Shown piece after piece: positions 1 through 9,800 of a stretch of DNA of 64,000 bases. Below the pieces are notes generated by a model, which made no database searches, was not told the origin of the DNA, and saw only the letters and a list, made by a program, of their open reading frames with translations. Where the stretch lies: NCBI GenBank assembly GCA_964525635.1, contig CAZGJX010000004.1, positions 1 to 64,000 of the forward strand, read 5' to 3'. This stretch comes from an uncultured archaeon. GTDB lineage: Archaea; Asgardarchaeota; Lokiarchaeia; Sigyniarchaeales; SOKP01. Numbering within the stretch: the stretch's first letter is position 1; the number at the start of each line of letters is the position of its first letter. Position numbers and translations under genes: made by a program.

Positions 1-346
1 TTTATTTAAAAATAAAAATAAAAATTAACTATATCCTATCTTTGAAAGTCAAGTTTTTCTTTTTTTTTATTTTCATATTTCTCTATAATAATCAATAAAA
101 GATTCTTTCTACTTTTTCCTTTCAAATAGGGTGTAATTAGGGATAAGAAGGTATAGCCACATCAAAAAATTTTTAATAGGGGATCGCGTCAAAGGATCTA
201 ATCGATATTCATAGAGAATTATGTTTGAATTATTATAATTATACTCATAGTATATTTCCTTAATTCAGTTAATTTCCTTTTACTTTAAATACTTCTTTTT
301 TAATTATATAGTAATAGAATAAATAAAACTTAATCTAAAAAAGAGG

Positions 347-538
347 TTGATAAATATGAATAAAATAATTAAAGAACATGAATTTACCCAAGAGGATATT
401 GAAAGGATGGTAGAAAGTGTAGTGTTAGATGAATATTTTTATTGCCCTCATTGTGAATATGGGGATTTAGAACCCGATTATGACACCTGTCCAGAGTGCC
501 ACAGGAAAAATCCCCTTAAGATACTTGGATTAATCTAA
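347..538 (+). CDS. small Zn-ribbon protein
   Basis: 63 aa with CPHC and CPEC pairs; GAGG upstream; directly upstream of the ArdC-like gene. Confidence 0.6.
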   Translation: MINMNKIIKEHEFTQEDIERMVESVVLDEYFYCPHCEYGDLEPDYDTCPECHRKNPLKILGLI

Positions 539-556
539 TAAGGAGGATTAAAAAAA

Positions 557-1306
557 ATAGCTGTTAAAAATAAATCTTATGGTGATAGATTTACAGAAGA
601 TCAAAAGAAAATCTATCGTGAAAGTAAGGAAAAAGAAAAAGAAGAGCTTTTTGAATTATATCAAAGATTCTTAGAATCTAGAACAATTTTAGAGGTCTTA
701 GAATTAGAAGAATCATATAAAGCAATGCATAATTATTCCTTTAGAAATAGAATGCTAATCCTAATGCAATCCATAAAAAGAGAGGATAAAACCTTTGTTG
801 GAATATGCAACAGTTTTGCTAATTGGAGGAAGCAGAAAATCACAGTTAAGAAAGGCTCAAAAGGGTATAAGGTGTTAGTTCCGATATTTAAAAAAGTGAA
901 AGTATCAGTTTTAGGAAAAGGCGAAGAGAAAGAGCAAGAAAAAGACCAGCTAGCATTTTTTAAAATCGGTCATATATTTGATATTTCTCATACGAGTGCC
1001 TATGAGCAAAATCTTAAGGAACAAGAGATGATCGAAGAGATAATAATGAATAATGCTGAAATCAATTATAATACTGCTTTAGAATTCATACACAACAATA
1101 ATTTTAACGTTCAGATTACAGAAGACTTTAAAGAGCTTAAGAATGGTGATGCAAAAGGTTTCTATGATCCAAAAAGAAGGATTATTGAGATCCATGAAAA
1201 AAGCTCACATACTCTCTTTCATGAAATAGAACATCATATAACTGATGTATTAGAGATAATGTTTGACAATTGGCGAACTAATACTTCATGTTATAGTAAT
1301 ATTTAA
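557..1306 (+). CDS. ArdC-like antirestriction ssDNA-binding protein, probably C-terminally decayed
   Basis: YSFRNRMLILMQ, SFANWRKQ and VKKGSKG..VLVP match the ArdC N-terminal domain; HEIEH metallopeptidase-like motif. The frame is open 56 codons upstream of the ORF-track start (725), back to ATA at 557, with AGGAGG at 541-546. Confidence 0.65.
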   Translation: MAVKNKSYGDRFTEDQKKIYRESKEKEKEELFELYQRFLESRTILEVLELEESYKAMHNYSFRNRMLILMQSIKREDKTFVGICNSFANWRKQKITVKKGSKGYKVLVPIFKKVKVSVLGKGEEKEQEKDQLAFFKIGHIFDISHTSAYEQNLKEQEMIEEIIMNNAEINYNTALEFIHNNNFNVQITEDFKELKNGDAKGFYDPKRRIIEIHEKSSHTLFHEIEHHITDVLEIMFDNWRTNTSCYSNI

Positions 1307-1508
1307 ATCATTAATAATCAAATCTATCTTAGTTGAGCATCTCTAATCAGAAATTATTTAAGATTAAATTAATCATATACCTAAAGAGAAACCCCTTTAA
1401 TGAAAATCAAGCCTTTTAATAAAATTATTATTCTATTAAAGATTTTTTAGAGATATAATTTTATTATTAAAACAACAATTTATAGTTTTAAATAGAGAAT
1501 TATTAGCT

Positions 1509-1613
1509 GGGCCATTAGCGCAGTTAGGTAGCGCAGCAGGCTCTTAACCTGTCGGTCGTGGGTTCGATATATCCCACTCAATTGGAATGGATACGAAATT
1601 CCCACATGGCCCG
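1509..1613 (+). tRNA. tRNA-Lys(CUU) with a T-loop intron
   Basis: Acceptor stem GGGCCAT/ATGGCCC; anticodon arm GCAGG-CTCTTAA-CCTGT; T-stem GTGGG/CCCAC; T-loop TTCGATT after removing 1569-1599. Confidence 0.95.
1569..1599 (+). other. 31-nt BHB tRNA intron (position 59/60)
   Basis: GTGGG|TTCG|AT^A|TATCC...GGATA|CGAA|AT^T|CCCAC: a 4-bp central helix flanked by two 3-nt bulges. Confidence 0.9.
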
Positions 1614-2739
1614 TATTTTTATTAAAAGTTCTCTCTATAATTTATTTATTTTGTTCCAATCTTCTTTAGATTTAGGTTGTATTCCCATCACTTGAATTTT
1701 CCTCCAATCTCCTCTATTTGGTGTATCAATATTCCATTTTTCACACCACTTTTTAATAGTTTTATCAGAAACATTGTATATTTTACTTATTTTTGTCATA
1801 GGCATTATCCATACCATTTTTTTCAATTCCCATTTAGAAATTTTAAGTTTTCTTTCGTGATGATGATTCCAAACCTTTGATTTTATTCTATTTATTCTTT
1901 CTTCATTGGTTTTAAATTTAATTGCTTTCCTCTTCATACTAAATGGATAATTCTCTAGCATTTCGTTAAAAACTTCAGCACCCAAAGTCAAGTAATATCC
2001 TCTTGGTTTTTTTGGGTAAGGTTTAGATTTTAAATTCATCTTTTTTTGAATTTGTAATAGGAAATCTAAATTACTGGAAGTTAGTATTGATGTTTTTTGA
2101 GTTCCATCTCCATCAAAAAATCCAAGTAGAAAAGCAAGATCTAATTTTCTATTTCCTAAATCTGGATATCTAATTAGTTTAGATTTATTTGGAACAACTC
2201 CATGTTTCAATAAATCTCTAACAACTTTTATACTATAAATTCGAAGTTTAATAATATTCCTTCCTGTATTGTTTTTACTTATTTTAATTTTATCAGATTC
2301 TATTCCGATATCATCTGCTAGTTTTAACAATGTTCCCATATCTTTTATACTGAGTTTTATTTCTAGGTAGTTCAGTTCCTTAGAAATAGTTCCATCAGCG
2401 TATATAAATCCTAACCAATAAGCATTGTTTAAAGTATTAATATCTTGAAAGAAATTGAATTTAAAATTTGGATTTTTCTTTAGTATCCTCATCCTATCTA
2501 CAGCAAAGTTATTTCTTGTTAATAATTCAGCAATTTTATATATATCTCCTGAAGATTTTGAATAGATAGATGAATCATCAAATATATCTAATAAATAATT
2601 CTCAAGATGTTTCCTTTCAGGATAATCTTTAAAAAATCTATTCATTTTAAGTTTATTATTCATAATTCTATTTATTTCTAGAATTATATGCATTTTATTC
2701 AATGGAGTGTAAAAAATTAGTAAATAAATACATGGCCCG
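1604..2739. repeat. 10-bp direct repeat of the tRNA 3' end (ACATGGCCCG) bracketing the LAGLIDADG gene
   Basis: ACATGGCCCG at 1604-1613 and at 2730-2739. Confidence 0.75.
1635..2663 (-). CDS. free-standing double-motif LAGLIDADG endonuclease with C-terminal HTH
   Basis: AYWLGFIYADG and AFLLGFFDGDG motifs; HTH MTKISKIYNVSDKTIKKWC. Start placed at ATG 2663; the ORF track extends to 2780. Confidence 0.8.
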   Translation of the reverse strand: MNNKLKMNRFFKDYPERKHLENYLLDIFDDSSIYSKSSGDIYKIAELLTRNNFAVDRMRILKKNPNFKFNFFQDINTLNNAYWLGFIYADGTISKELNYLEIKLSIKDMGTLLKLADDIGIESDKIKISKNNTGRNIIKLRIYSIKVVRDLLKHGVVPNKSKLIRYPDLGNRKLDLAFLLGFFDGDGTQKTSILTSSNLDFLLQIQKKMNLKSKPYPKKPRGYYLTLGAEVFNEMLENYPFSMKRKAIKFKTNEERINRIKSKVWNHHHERKLKISKWELKKMVWIMPMTKISKIYNVSDKTIKKWCEKWNIDTPNRGDWRKIQVMGIQPKSKEDWNKINKL

Positions 2740-2929
2740 CTTTTCTGATATTTACAATTTATTAGTAAACACCCTTTCATTAGATTAATACATTCAATAA
2801 ACTAAATACTTTCAATTTTAGGTTAGTTGGATTTTTATACATTATAAAAAAATAGATAAAAATGAATTCAATTTTTAAATTCTTTATATTAAGTTTTTAT
2901 TATTAAAAATTATATTATTGCGTTCTATA

Positions 2930-3880
2930 TTATTCTAAAAATTTAAATAACGGATTAAAATCAATTAAATCAAATGGTTTTAAGATAAATCCATCTGCTA
3001 GAGTTTCCTTTAATTTCTTCCTTACTTCAGATTCAGGTATAGCTGTTAGCAGATATATGGGAATGTGTTTAGTTTTTTTATTTGTATGAATCATTTTACA
3101 TAGATCATAACCACTTAGATCAGGAAGAATTATATCTAGCAAAATTAATTTTGGTTCATAATGTTTTAATTCTTCAATAGCCTTGGTCCCACTAATAACT
3201 CCTTTACACTTATATCCCTTATTTTCGAAATAATTAGTTAATAAACGGATAGTTGCTACATCATCTTCAATAAGTAAAATATCATAAAGAGAAGGATTTA
3301 TACTAATATCATCTAAAATACTTTTAATTTTACTCTCTAAGAGTAGACTTTGTTCAAAAATACTTTCAATTTTTGATTTTATTTCAGGATTAAGCTCATC
3401 ATTACTGTTTTCAAGAAGTAATTGACTAAATCCTTTTATTGTTGTAAGTGGTTCTTTTAATGCATGAGAAATATTTGATAATGTTTCGAAATCTAATTTT
3501 AATAAATTATCACTGAATATATTTGATTTATTATCTATGAAATAATTGACACTTTCTCGAATTAATTTAGATATTGTAGAATAATTATGTTCTTTGATAA
3601 ATTCCTGCCATTCTTCTTTTGCTTCTTCAGAGATATAGAGAGAAATTCTTTCTTTATCACGATCATATATTTTTTCACCCTTTAGCCATTTTTTAAATCC
3701 TTCAGTCACAACTCCACGCCAAATTGCATATTTACCTGTTTCCTCTTCATATTTTTTTATAATTGGTAATGTATCTTTATATTCTCCACTTTCAATTTTT
3801 TTTACTAATTCTTCTAACTCTTCATCATTTATGGTGTCTTCTTTATTATTTTCATCTTCTATGATTTTATCAACTGTCAA
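2930..3880 (-). CDS. signalling protein: RHH-like + HisKA + receiver domain
   Basis: H-box SHALKEPLTTIKGF; receiver motifs LLIEDD, LILLDIILP, LLTA, LKPF; no HATPase domain visible. Confidence 0.8.
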   Translation of the reverse strand: MTVDKIIEDENNKEDTINDEELEELVKKIESGEYKDTLPIIKKYEEETGKYAIWRGVVTEGFKKWLKGEKIYDRDKERISLYISEEAKEEWQEFIKEHNYSTISKLIRESVNYFIDNKSNIFSDNLLKLDFETLSNISHALKEPLTTIKGFSQLLLENSNDELNPEIKSKIESIFEQSLLLESKIKSILDDISINPSLYDILLIEDDVATIRLLTNYFENKGYKCKGVISGTKAIEELKHYEPKLILLDIILPDLSGYDLCKMIHTNKKTKHIPIYLLTAIPESEVRKKLKETLADGFILKPFDLIDFNPLFKFLE

Positions 3881-4322
3881 TGTATTTTTTTTTTAACACA
3901 ATTATAATTTTTGACCACATTATATTTATATTAATTCGTTTTTTAATTTTATTTATTTTTTTTTTATAATTGTCAGCCAAAAAATCCTTCACTTTAGAAA
4001 TTGCATTACTTAAGATAAAATAGAATTCAATATTCTGCATTAATCATCCTATATTAAAATTACATAAAAGATGATAATAAATTAATTAATTATATGTTTA
4101 TATTAATATTTTCAACAATAAAAATGATAAATTCTATTATCAGACTAAATAAAATATTCATTTTTAGATAAATCATTAGATTTTACACATTCATGATTTA
4201 CTTAAATGATATTTTCTAAATTATATGTCTATTGGTCTTATTGAATAAATATATTACGAATATATAGATTTTTAATAATCTAAAAACTTTATAGAATAAA
4301 TAATGTAGATGTAATTTCCCCT

Positions 4323-5246
4323 TTATTTTATTGTTTCAAGTATTTTAATAATTGGTTCAAAATCAGAAAAGTTAAATGGTTTAAGAATATAACCATCCGC
4401 CCTTGTTTCATCTAGATTCTTTTCTACTTCCGAACCAGCTATAGCAGTTAGGAAATAAACAGGAATATCACTATATTCTTTATCTGCCTTAATAATTTTA
4501 CATATATCATAACCATTTAGATCAGGTAATATTATATCTAAGAGAATTAATCTAGGTTTTGAATTTTTTAATTCATCTAAACCTTTAGTTCCACCAACCA
4601 CTCCCTTACATATAAATCCTTTACTCTCAAAATATGAAGTAATTAATTTGATTGTTGCTAAATCATCCTCAATAAGCAGGACATCATATTTTTTAGTCTG
4701 AACTTTGATATTATCTAAAAATTGAATAATTTTATTTTCAAGAAGGATACTCTGGTCAAATATACTTCTTATTGTGTTATTTATTTGTTCACTAAGATCA
4801 GTTTTATTATTTTCTAAAATTAATTGAGCATAACCTTTAATTGTTGTAAGTGGTTCTTTTAATGCATGAGATATCTTTGATATATTTTTTGAATTAGCAC
4901 TCAAAATCCCATTCGAACTAATATCATTCTTATGTTCTTTGATAAATTTTTTAACACTTAATCGAATTAGTTTGGAAAGAGTAGATAAGTTATTTTCATC
5001 GAGAAATTGTTGCCATATATCTTTAGTTTCTTCAGACACATAAAGAGAGATTCGTTCTTTATTACGATCGTATATTTTTTCTCCCCTCATCCAACGTTTA
5101 AAACCTTCAGTTATAACGCCTCTCCAAATCGCATATTTACCTGTTTCTTCCTCATAATTTTTCATTTCTAGTGTTTTTTCGATTTGAGATCGTTCTTCTA
5201 GTTTTTTTATGTATTCATCAATTTTTTCTGAGTCTTTTCCACTCAT
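4323..5246 (-). CDS. signalling protein: RHH-like + HisKA + receiver domain (paralog of 2930-3880)
   Basis: Same motifs as 2930-3880; shared block YEEETGKYAIWRGVxTEGFKxWxxGEKIYDRxKERISLY. Confidence 0.8.
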   Translation of the reverse strand: MSGKDSEKIDEYIKKLEERSQIEKTLEMKNYEEETGKYAIWRGVITEGFKRWMRGEKIYDRNKERISLYVSEETKDIWQQFLDENNLSTLSKLIRLSVKKFIKEHKNDISSNGILSANSKNISKISHALKEPLTTIKGYAQLILENNKTDLSEQINNTIRSIFDQSILLENKIIQFLDNIKVQTKKYDVLLIEDDLATIKLITSYFESKGFICKGVVGGTKGLDELKNSKPRLILLDIILPDLNGYDICKIIKADKEYSDIPVYFLTAIAGSEVEKNLDETRADGYILKPFNFSDFEPIIKILETIK

Positions 5247-5703
5247 ATATTATAAAAACCTTAATCATTACTTAATTGGAGAATTAAATTGGGAGAATAT
5301 TAAAAATAATAAATTTTTTTTACCACAATTACGTAGACCTTCAATAGTGTCTTTATAATAATAAAGGTTTAATTTAAACTTATGTTGATAAAAAAAAACA
5401 TAAATTAATGAAAATTTGATTTTATAATAAATAAGATTTTTGCATACAAAAAATTTTTATTGTAGATAATTTAATCCTAAGCTCAGTTTAATTGATTAGA
5501 AAATATTATGTTTATAAAAAAAAGAAAATATTATAACAAAAATTGAATATAATTTATATTTTTATAACAAAACCTTTAAATATATGACTATCATATAAAT
5601 TTATATTACAAAAAAAAGATAAATTGTGTATAAAAAAAATTTTCTCTTATTAACAATTAAAAAATCTTACGAGACAATTTATCTTAAAAATTAAGGGGTA
5701 AAA

Positions 5704-6603
5704 ATGGTAGAAACCGAAAGAACATCAATTTGTGATCTATCTAATATATGTCCAGAATGTGGAGGAGCAACTATCTCAGTAGATGAAAGGGGTGAGACAG
5801 TATGCAAACAATGTGGATTAGTTATTGGTGAAAGATTATTAGATATCTCTCATAGCGGTATAAGGGCTTATACTAAAAGAGAAAAAGAAAAGAAAGAGAG
5901 GACAGGATGCCCGATCTCTATTTTAATGCCGGATATTGGATTGTCTACGATAATTGACCGCTCAAAGATCAAGAATCCAGACTTAAGACGAGCAGCAAAA
6001 TGGAATACCCACTTATCTTGGGAGAAACGTAATATGTTAATTGCTATAACTGAATTAAAAAGAATTGGTAGTAATTTAAATTTTCCAGAAAGAGTTAAAA
6101 AAGCAGCAGTTAAACTTTATAAACAAGTTTATAAAAAAAACTTATTAAGAGGAAGATCTATTAATGGAATGATTGCTGCTTGTGCTTATTATAAATGTAA
6201 AGAAGAACGAATACCTATTACGTTACAAGAAATTTTAGATGAAGCCTCTATTAGTGATAATATTGTTAAAAAATGTTATAAAATCTTAGTTAGAGAGCTT
6301 AATTTAAAACCTCCAAATATTGATCCCATCTCATTAATTCCTCGATATTGTGCTGATTTAGGACTTTCCATTGAAGTGGAAAAAAATGTCATTAAAATTT
6401 TAAGGGGTTTTATTGATAAAAACGCTATATGTGGCAAAGATCCAAAAGGTTTATGTGCAGGATCTATTTATTTAGTATCAAAACTTAAAAACAAAAGGGT
6501 AAGTCAAAAAGAGATTTCTACAGTCGTGGGAGTAACAGAAGTAACCTTGAGGTCAAGATATAAAGAACTCATGAAAAATATTAGTATTAATTATCAATTT
6601 TAG
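5704..6603 (+). CDS. tfb: transcription initiation factor IIB
   Basis: Zn ribbon CPECG...GETVCKQCGLV; LRGRS, GKDPKG, VTEVTLRSRYKEL. Confidence 0.95.
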   Translation: MVETERTSICDLSNICPECGGATISVDERGETVCKQCGLVIGERLLDISHSGIRAYTKREKEKKERTGCPISILMPDIGLSTIIDRSKIKNPDLRRAAKWNTHLSWEKRNMLIAITELKRIGSNLNFPERVKKAAVKLYKQVYKKNLLRGRSINGMIAACAYYKCKEERIPITLQEILDEASISDNIVKKCYKILVRELNLKPPNIDPISLIPRYCADLGLSIEVEKNVIKILRGFIDKNAICGKDPKGLCAGSIYLVSKLKNKRVSQKEISTVVGVTEVTLRSRYKELMKNISINYQF

Positions 6604-6845
6604 ATATTTTCTTTATTCTAATTATTTTTTTCTATATTCTATCTTTTATTTTTTACATTTTCTTTTCTAATTTATCTTTAAAGATGGATATTTAAAGAAA
6701 ATTATATCAAAATTAAATAGAATATTGAAAAGAATATATGTAATAAAAATAGTTTAGTTTTGATGACCCGTTCTTCTTGCTTGGGAAAATAAATTTTATC
6801 TCTCTTTTATTTATTTTTGTCTCTAAATCCTTTTAAGAATACTTT

Positions 6846-9800
6846 ATGGATGTCAAATATTATCAAATGGAAGCAGTTCAAAAAGCAGATGTTTATTACC
6901 CAGAGGATAAGGTTGGAAAAGCTCCTAAATCTCTGAATGAAAAGACCTTCTGGGATGATTTTATGGGTGAATCCCTTCCTTCAGCGCTTACAGGTCATAC
7001 AGGAGCATATTATACAACCGTGAGAGGTCAATCTTCTGGAAATGATTATACTGCTCATGTGATTGTATCTCCTCCAAATTGGGAGCGTATGCAGACTGTA
7101 TCTGGGAGCCTTTTGAGTTTTCTACTAATGGGAGGGGTTTTAAACTCTTCCTCGATGGATGAGCAATTACCTTTTGATGACAATAATTTAGATTTTTTCC
7201 TTGTATCAAATGAGCTCTATACGTATAATGAGATTGATGACTATAGTTACAGTGAAGAGGGTGGAAATATTGAACTCTATTCCCAATACATGACAAACTC
7301 TCTTGGATATGCAACTTATAGTATTACCGAAGAGACTGATGGTAAATTACACTCTATTATTCCCATATGTGTTGATGGAGTTCCATCATATATTTTCTCG
7401 GAGATAGATGGTGCGTTCAATGGAGCTATGTATAAACCTTTAGTTGTAAGTCAGGAACGGTATGATGAGCTAGAGGAAAATGGACTAACAACAGGACAGC
7501 TTTCAATTATTATTCAACATCCTGATGCAGCAGATACTAAGGGAATTGCTACTCTAGAGCTCTCAGAAGCAGAAACCATGCTTGAATATCAAGCTAAAGT
7601 TCCACTTGCTTCAAGACTTGGCGGATTTGAATATCCAATTTCACAGATATTATTATATCCATATAAGGATTCACAGCAGATTGGATCTCCAATTGAAATA
7701 GATAATTCACAATATATTTTAGATTCAGGAAATCTTTACTTTATAACCCCTATTCATAAGCTTCTTGAAATCAATATAAATCCATCACATGAGTATCACT
7801 ACAAGTTGGAGATAAAAATACATAAAATAATCCCAGATACCACAGAGGATACATCCCGCTTGGCACTTATCCAGACTACTTCCCACATGTGTATGGATTA
7901 TTTTAATTTGTACACATATGCAGCCCAAACTGCTTATATGGTCTCTGAAGTAGAATATACCCGAGATATTACCTTGGTATCCACAATGATCTCTACTCCA
8001 TTGGTTTTTCTTGGATCATATCTTACCAGCTCGGCGACAAAGATGTATACTGAGGCAAGCGCCATTGCTGGGAAAGAAGTAGCCAAGACAGCTTTAAACA
8101 CCATGATGACAGATCAAGTTAGAAAATTAACAACCTCACAAATAGTAAAGCAATTACTAACTCAAATGGCGATTAGGACCGTGGTTGGCTCTATATCTGA
8201 GGTCCTTCAAGAAGTCATTCTGGATGGAATTATTGAAACATTAGTGACCGGAGCTGTCAAATATTTCAAAGGCTCTCAAGAGGCAGCATATTGGATAAGC
8301 ACCTTGGTTACATCTGCCCGTGAAAGCAAATTCTTCGGATATCTCTCCAGTGAGACAGGTTTACAAACTCAACAGCAATCGCTTTCCTACAACGCCCAGA
8401 TCTTCTTGGCACAGAAGGCAAGTAAAGAATTTAAGACTTGGTATGGTTCACTCCTATTAAAATCGGAATATAGCAAGATGTCGGAAGCTGATATACTCCT
8501 TAAAGCTAAAGATTCTATTTTATCAAAGATCAGTGATCTAAAATTATTCGGTAAAGAACCAGAAGTTCCAAAAATTAAGAAGCTAGGAGCTTTGTCTATA
8601 ATCAGCGGGTTATTGTTATTTATGCCTTCGCTCACCTTCTTGGGTTCTGGTCTCGCTTTAGAATATACCGCCTCTAATTTGTTACAAGGTCTTGATATGA
8701 GGCTCATGCATACATACAACATTCGCCTTCATAACAAGATGGTAAAAGAATATGATACTTCAACTTTCGAAAGACCTAGTATCACTCCCACAACAACTAC
8801 TCTTATTGAAGGGGATGTATCAGAAAAAATTGAAGTTCTTCCTACAATTGGAGTGATGCCTGAAACTGAAGAGCAGCATAAACCAAGTGTATTCGATAGA
8901 GTAAATTCAAGACTTTCTCTTCCGTATAAATTAAGAAGTGTTGCAAGAAAAATAGGTGATATGTTTAGAGCTCCTAGCACCATTTCTGAGTATGCCAAGA
9001 ATATCAAAGAAAGAATCATTAGTTCAGATAGTTCACAAATGAAATTAGATATATTAGGAAATGAAAAATCATTTGACGAGGAAGTAATTGAATCATCAGA
9101 AAGGATTAAAATCCCTATTGTAAAAGCATCAGAATCTACTGAAGCTGTTGAGGCTGTTGATCCAATATTTAAATGGAAAGATCAAGTAATCGCTTTTATG
9201 TTTTATCCAGAGGATAGAAAAATATCAAATCTTGAAGCATTTATGCTTATTAAAGAATTCCTAGGCATTTCTAAAGATCAACCGGTTTATTTACGATTTT
9301 ATGAGCAAGATATTTTATCAATAGAGGCAAATTATTTGAAATATATCGATTCAGAAGGAGTAATTCATCATTATGATTTAGATGGAGATTTTTCACAATT
9401 ATTAGATGAGCTAGGATATAGGGAAAGAATTGATAGTATAAGCATTCAAGATTGGATTGATGGAAAAGCTTTAGAAAATATAGATTTACAAATTGAAGTA
9501 TTAGATACTGAGGAATATATTGGTTCAACAGGTCTAAGTCAAGAAGCACAAGAATTTTATGTTGATAAATTTGGATATTGGTTAAAAGAAAGATTTGATG
9601 TACTTATTACGGAGCATAATGTTCAAATGTATGAAGAATTATTTCAGCTTATTAAAAAATTAGACAAATCTTTAACATTAACTATTGCACCAATTAAAAA
9701 TGATAAAGAAATTTCTAACATGAATAAACAAGATTTAATAAAATATATCGATAACATTGGATACCTAATGGAGAGCTATTGGAATAATTATTTCACAAGT

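Noticed and set aside
2664-2780. ORF-track N-terminal extension of the LAGLIDADG gene
   Set aside because: It crosses the duplicated tRNA end and reads like non-coding sequence; ATG 2663 or 2645 is more plausible.
6760-6800. TGATGA box C-like motif suggesting a C/D sRNA
   Set aside because: No box D (CTGA) at a suitable distance and no terminal stem.
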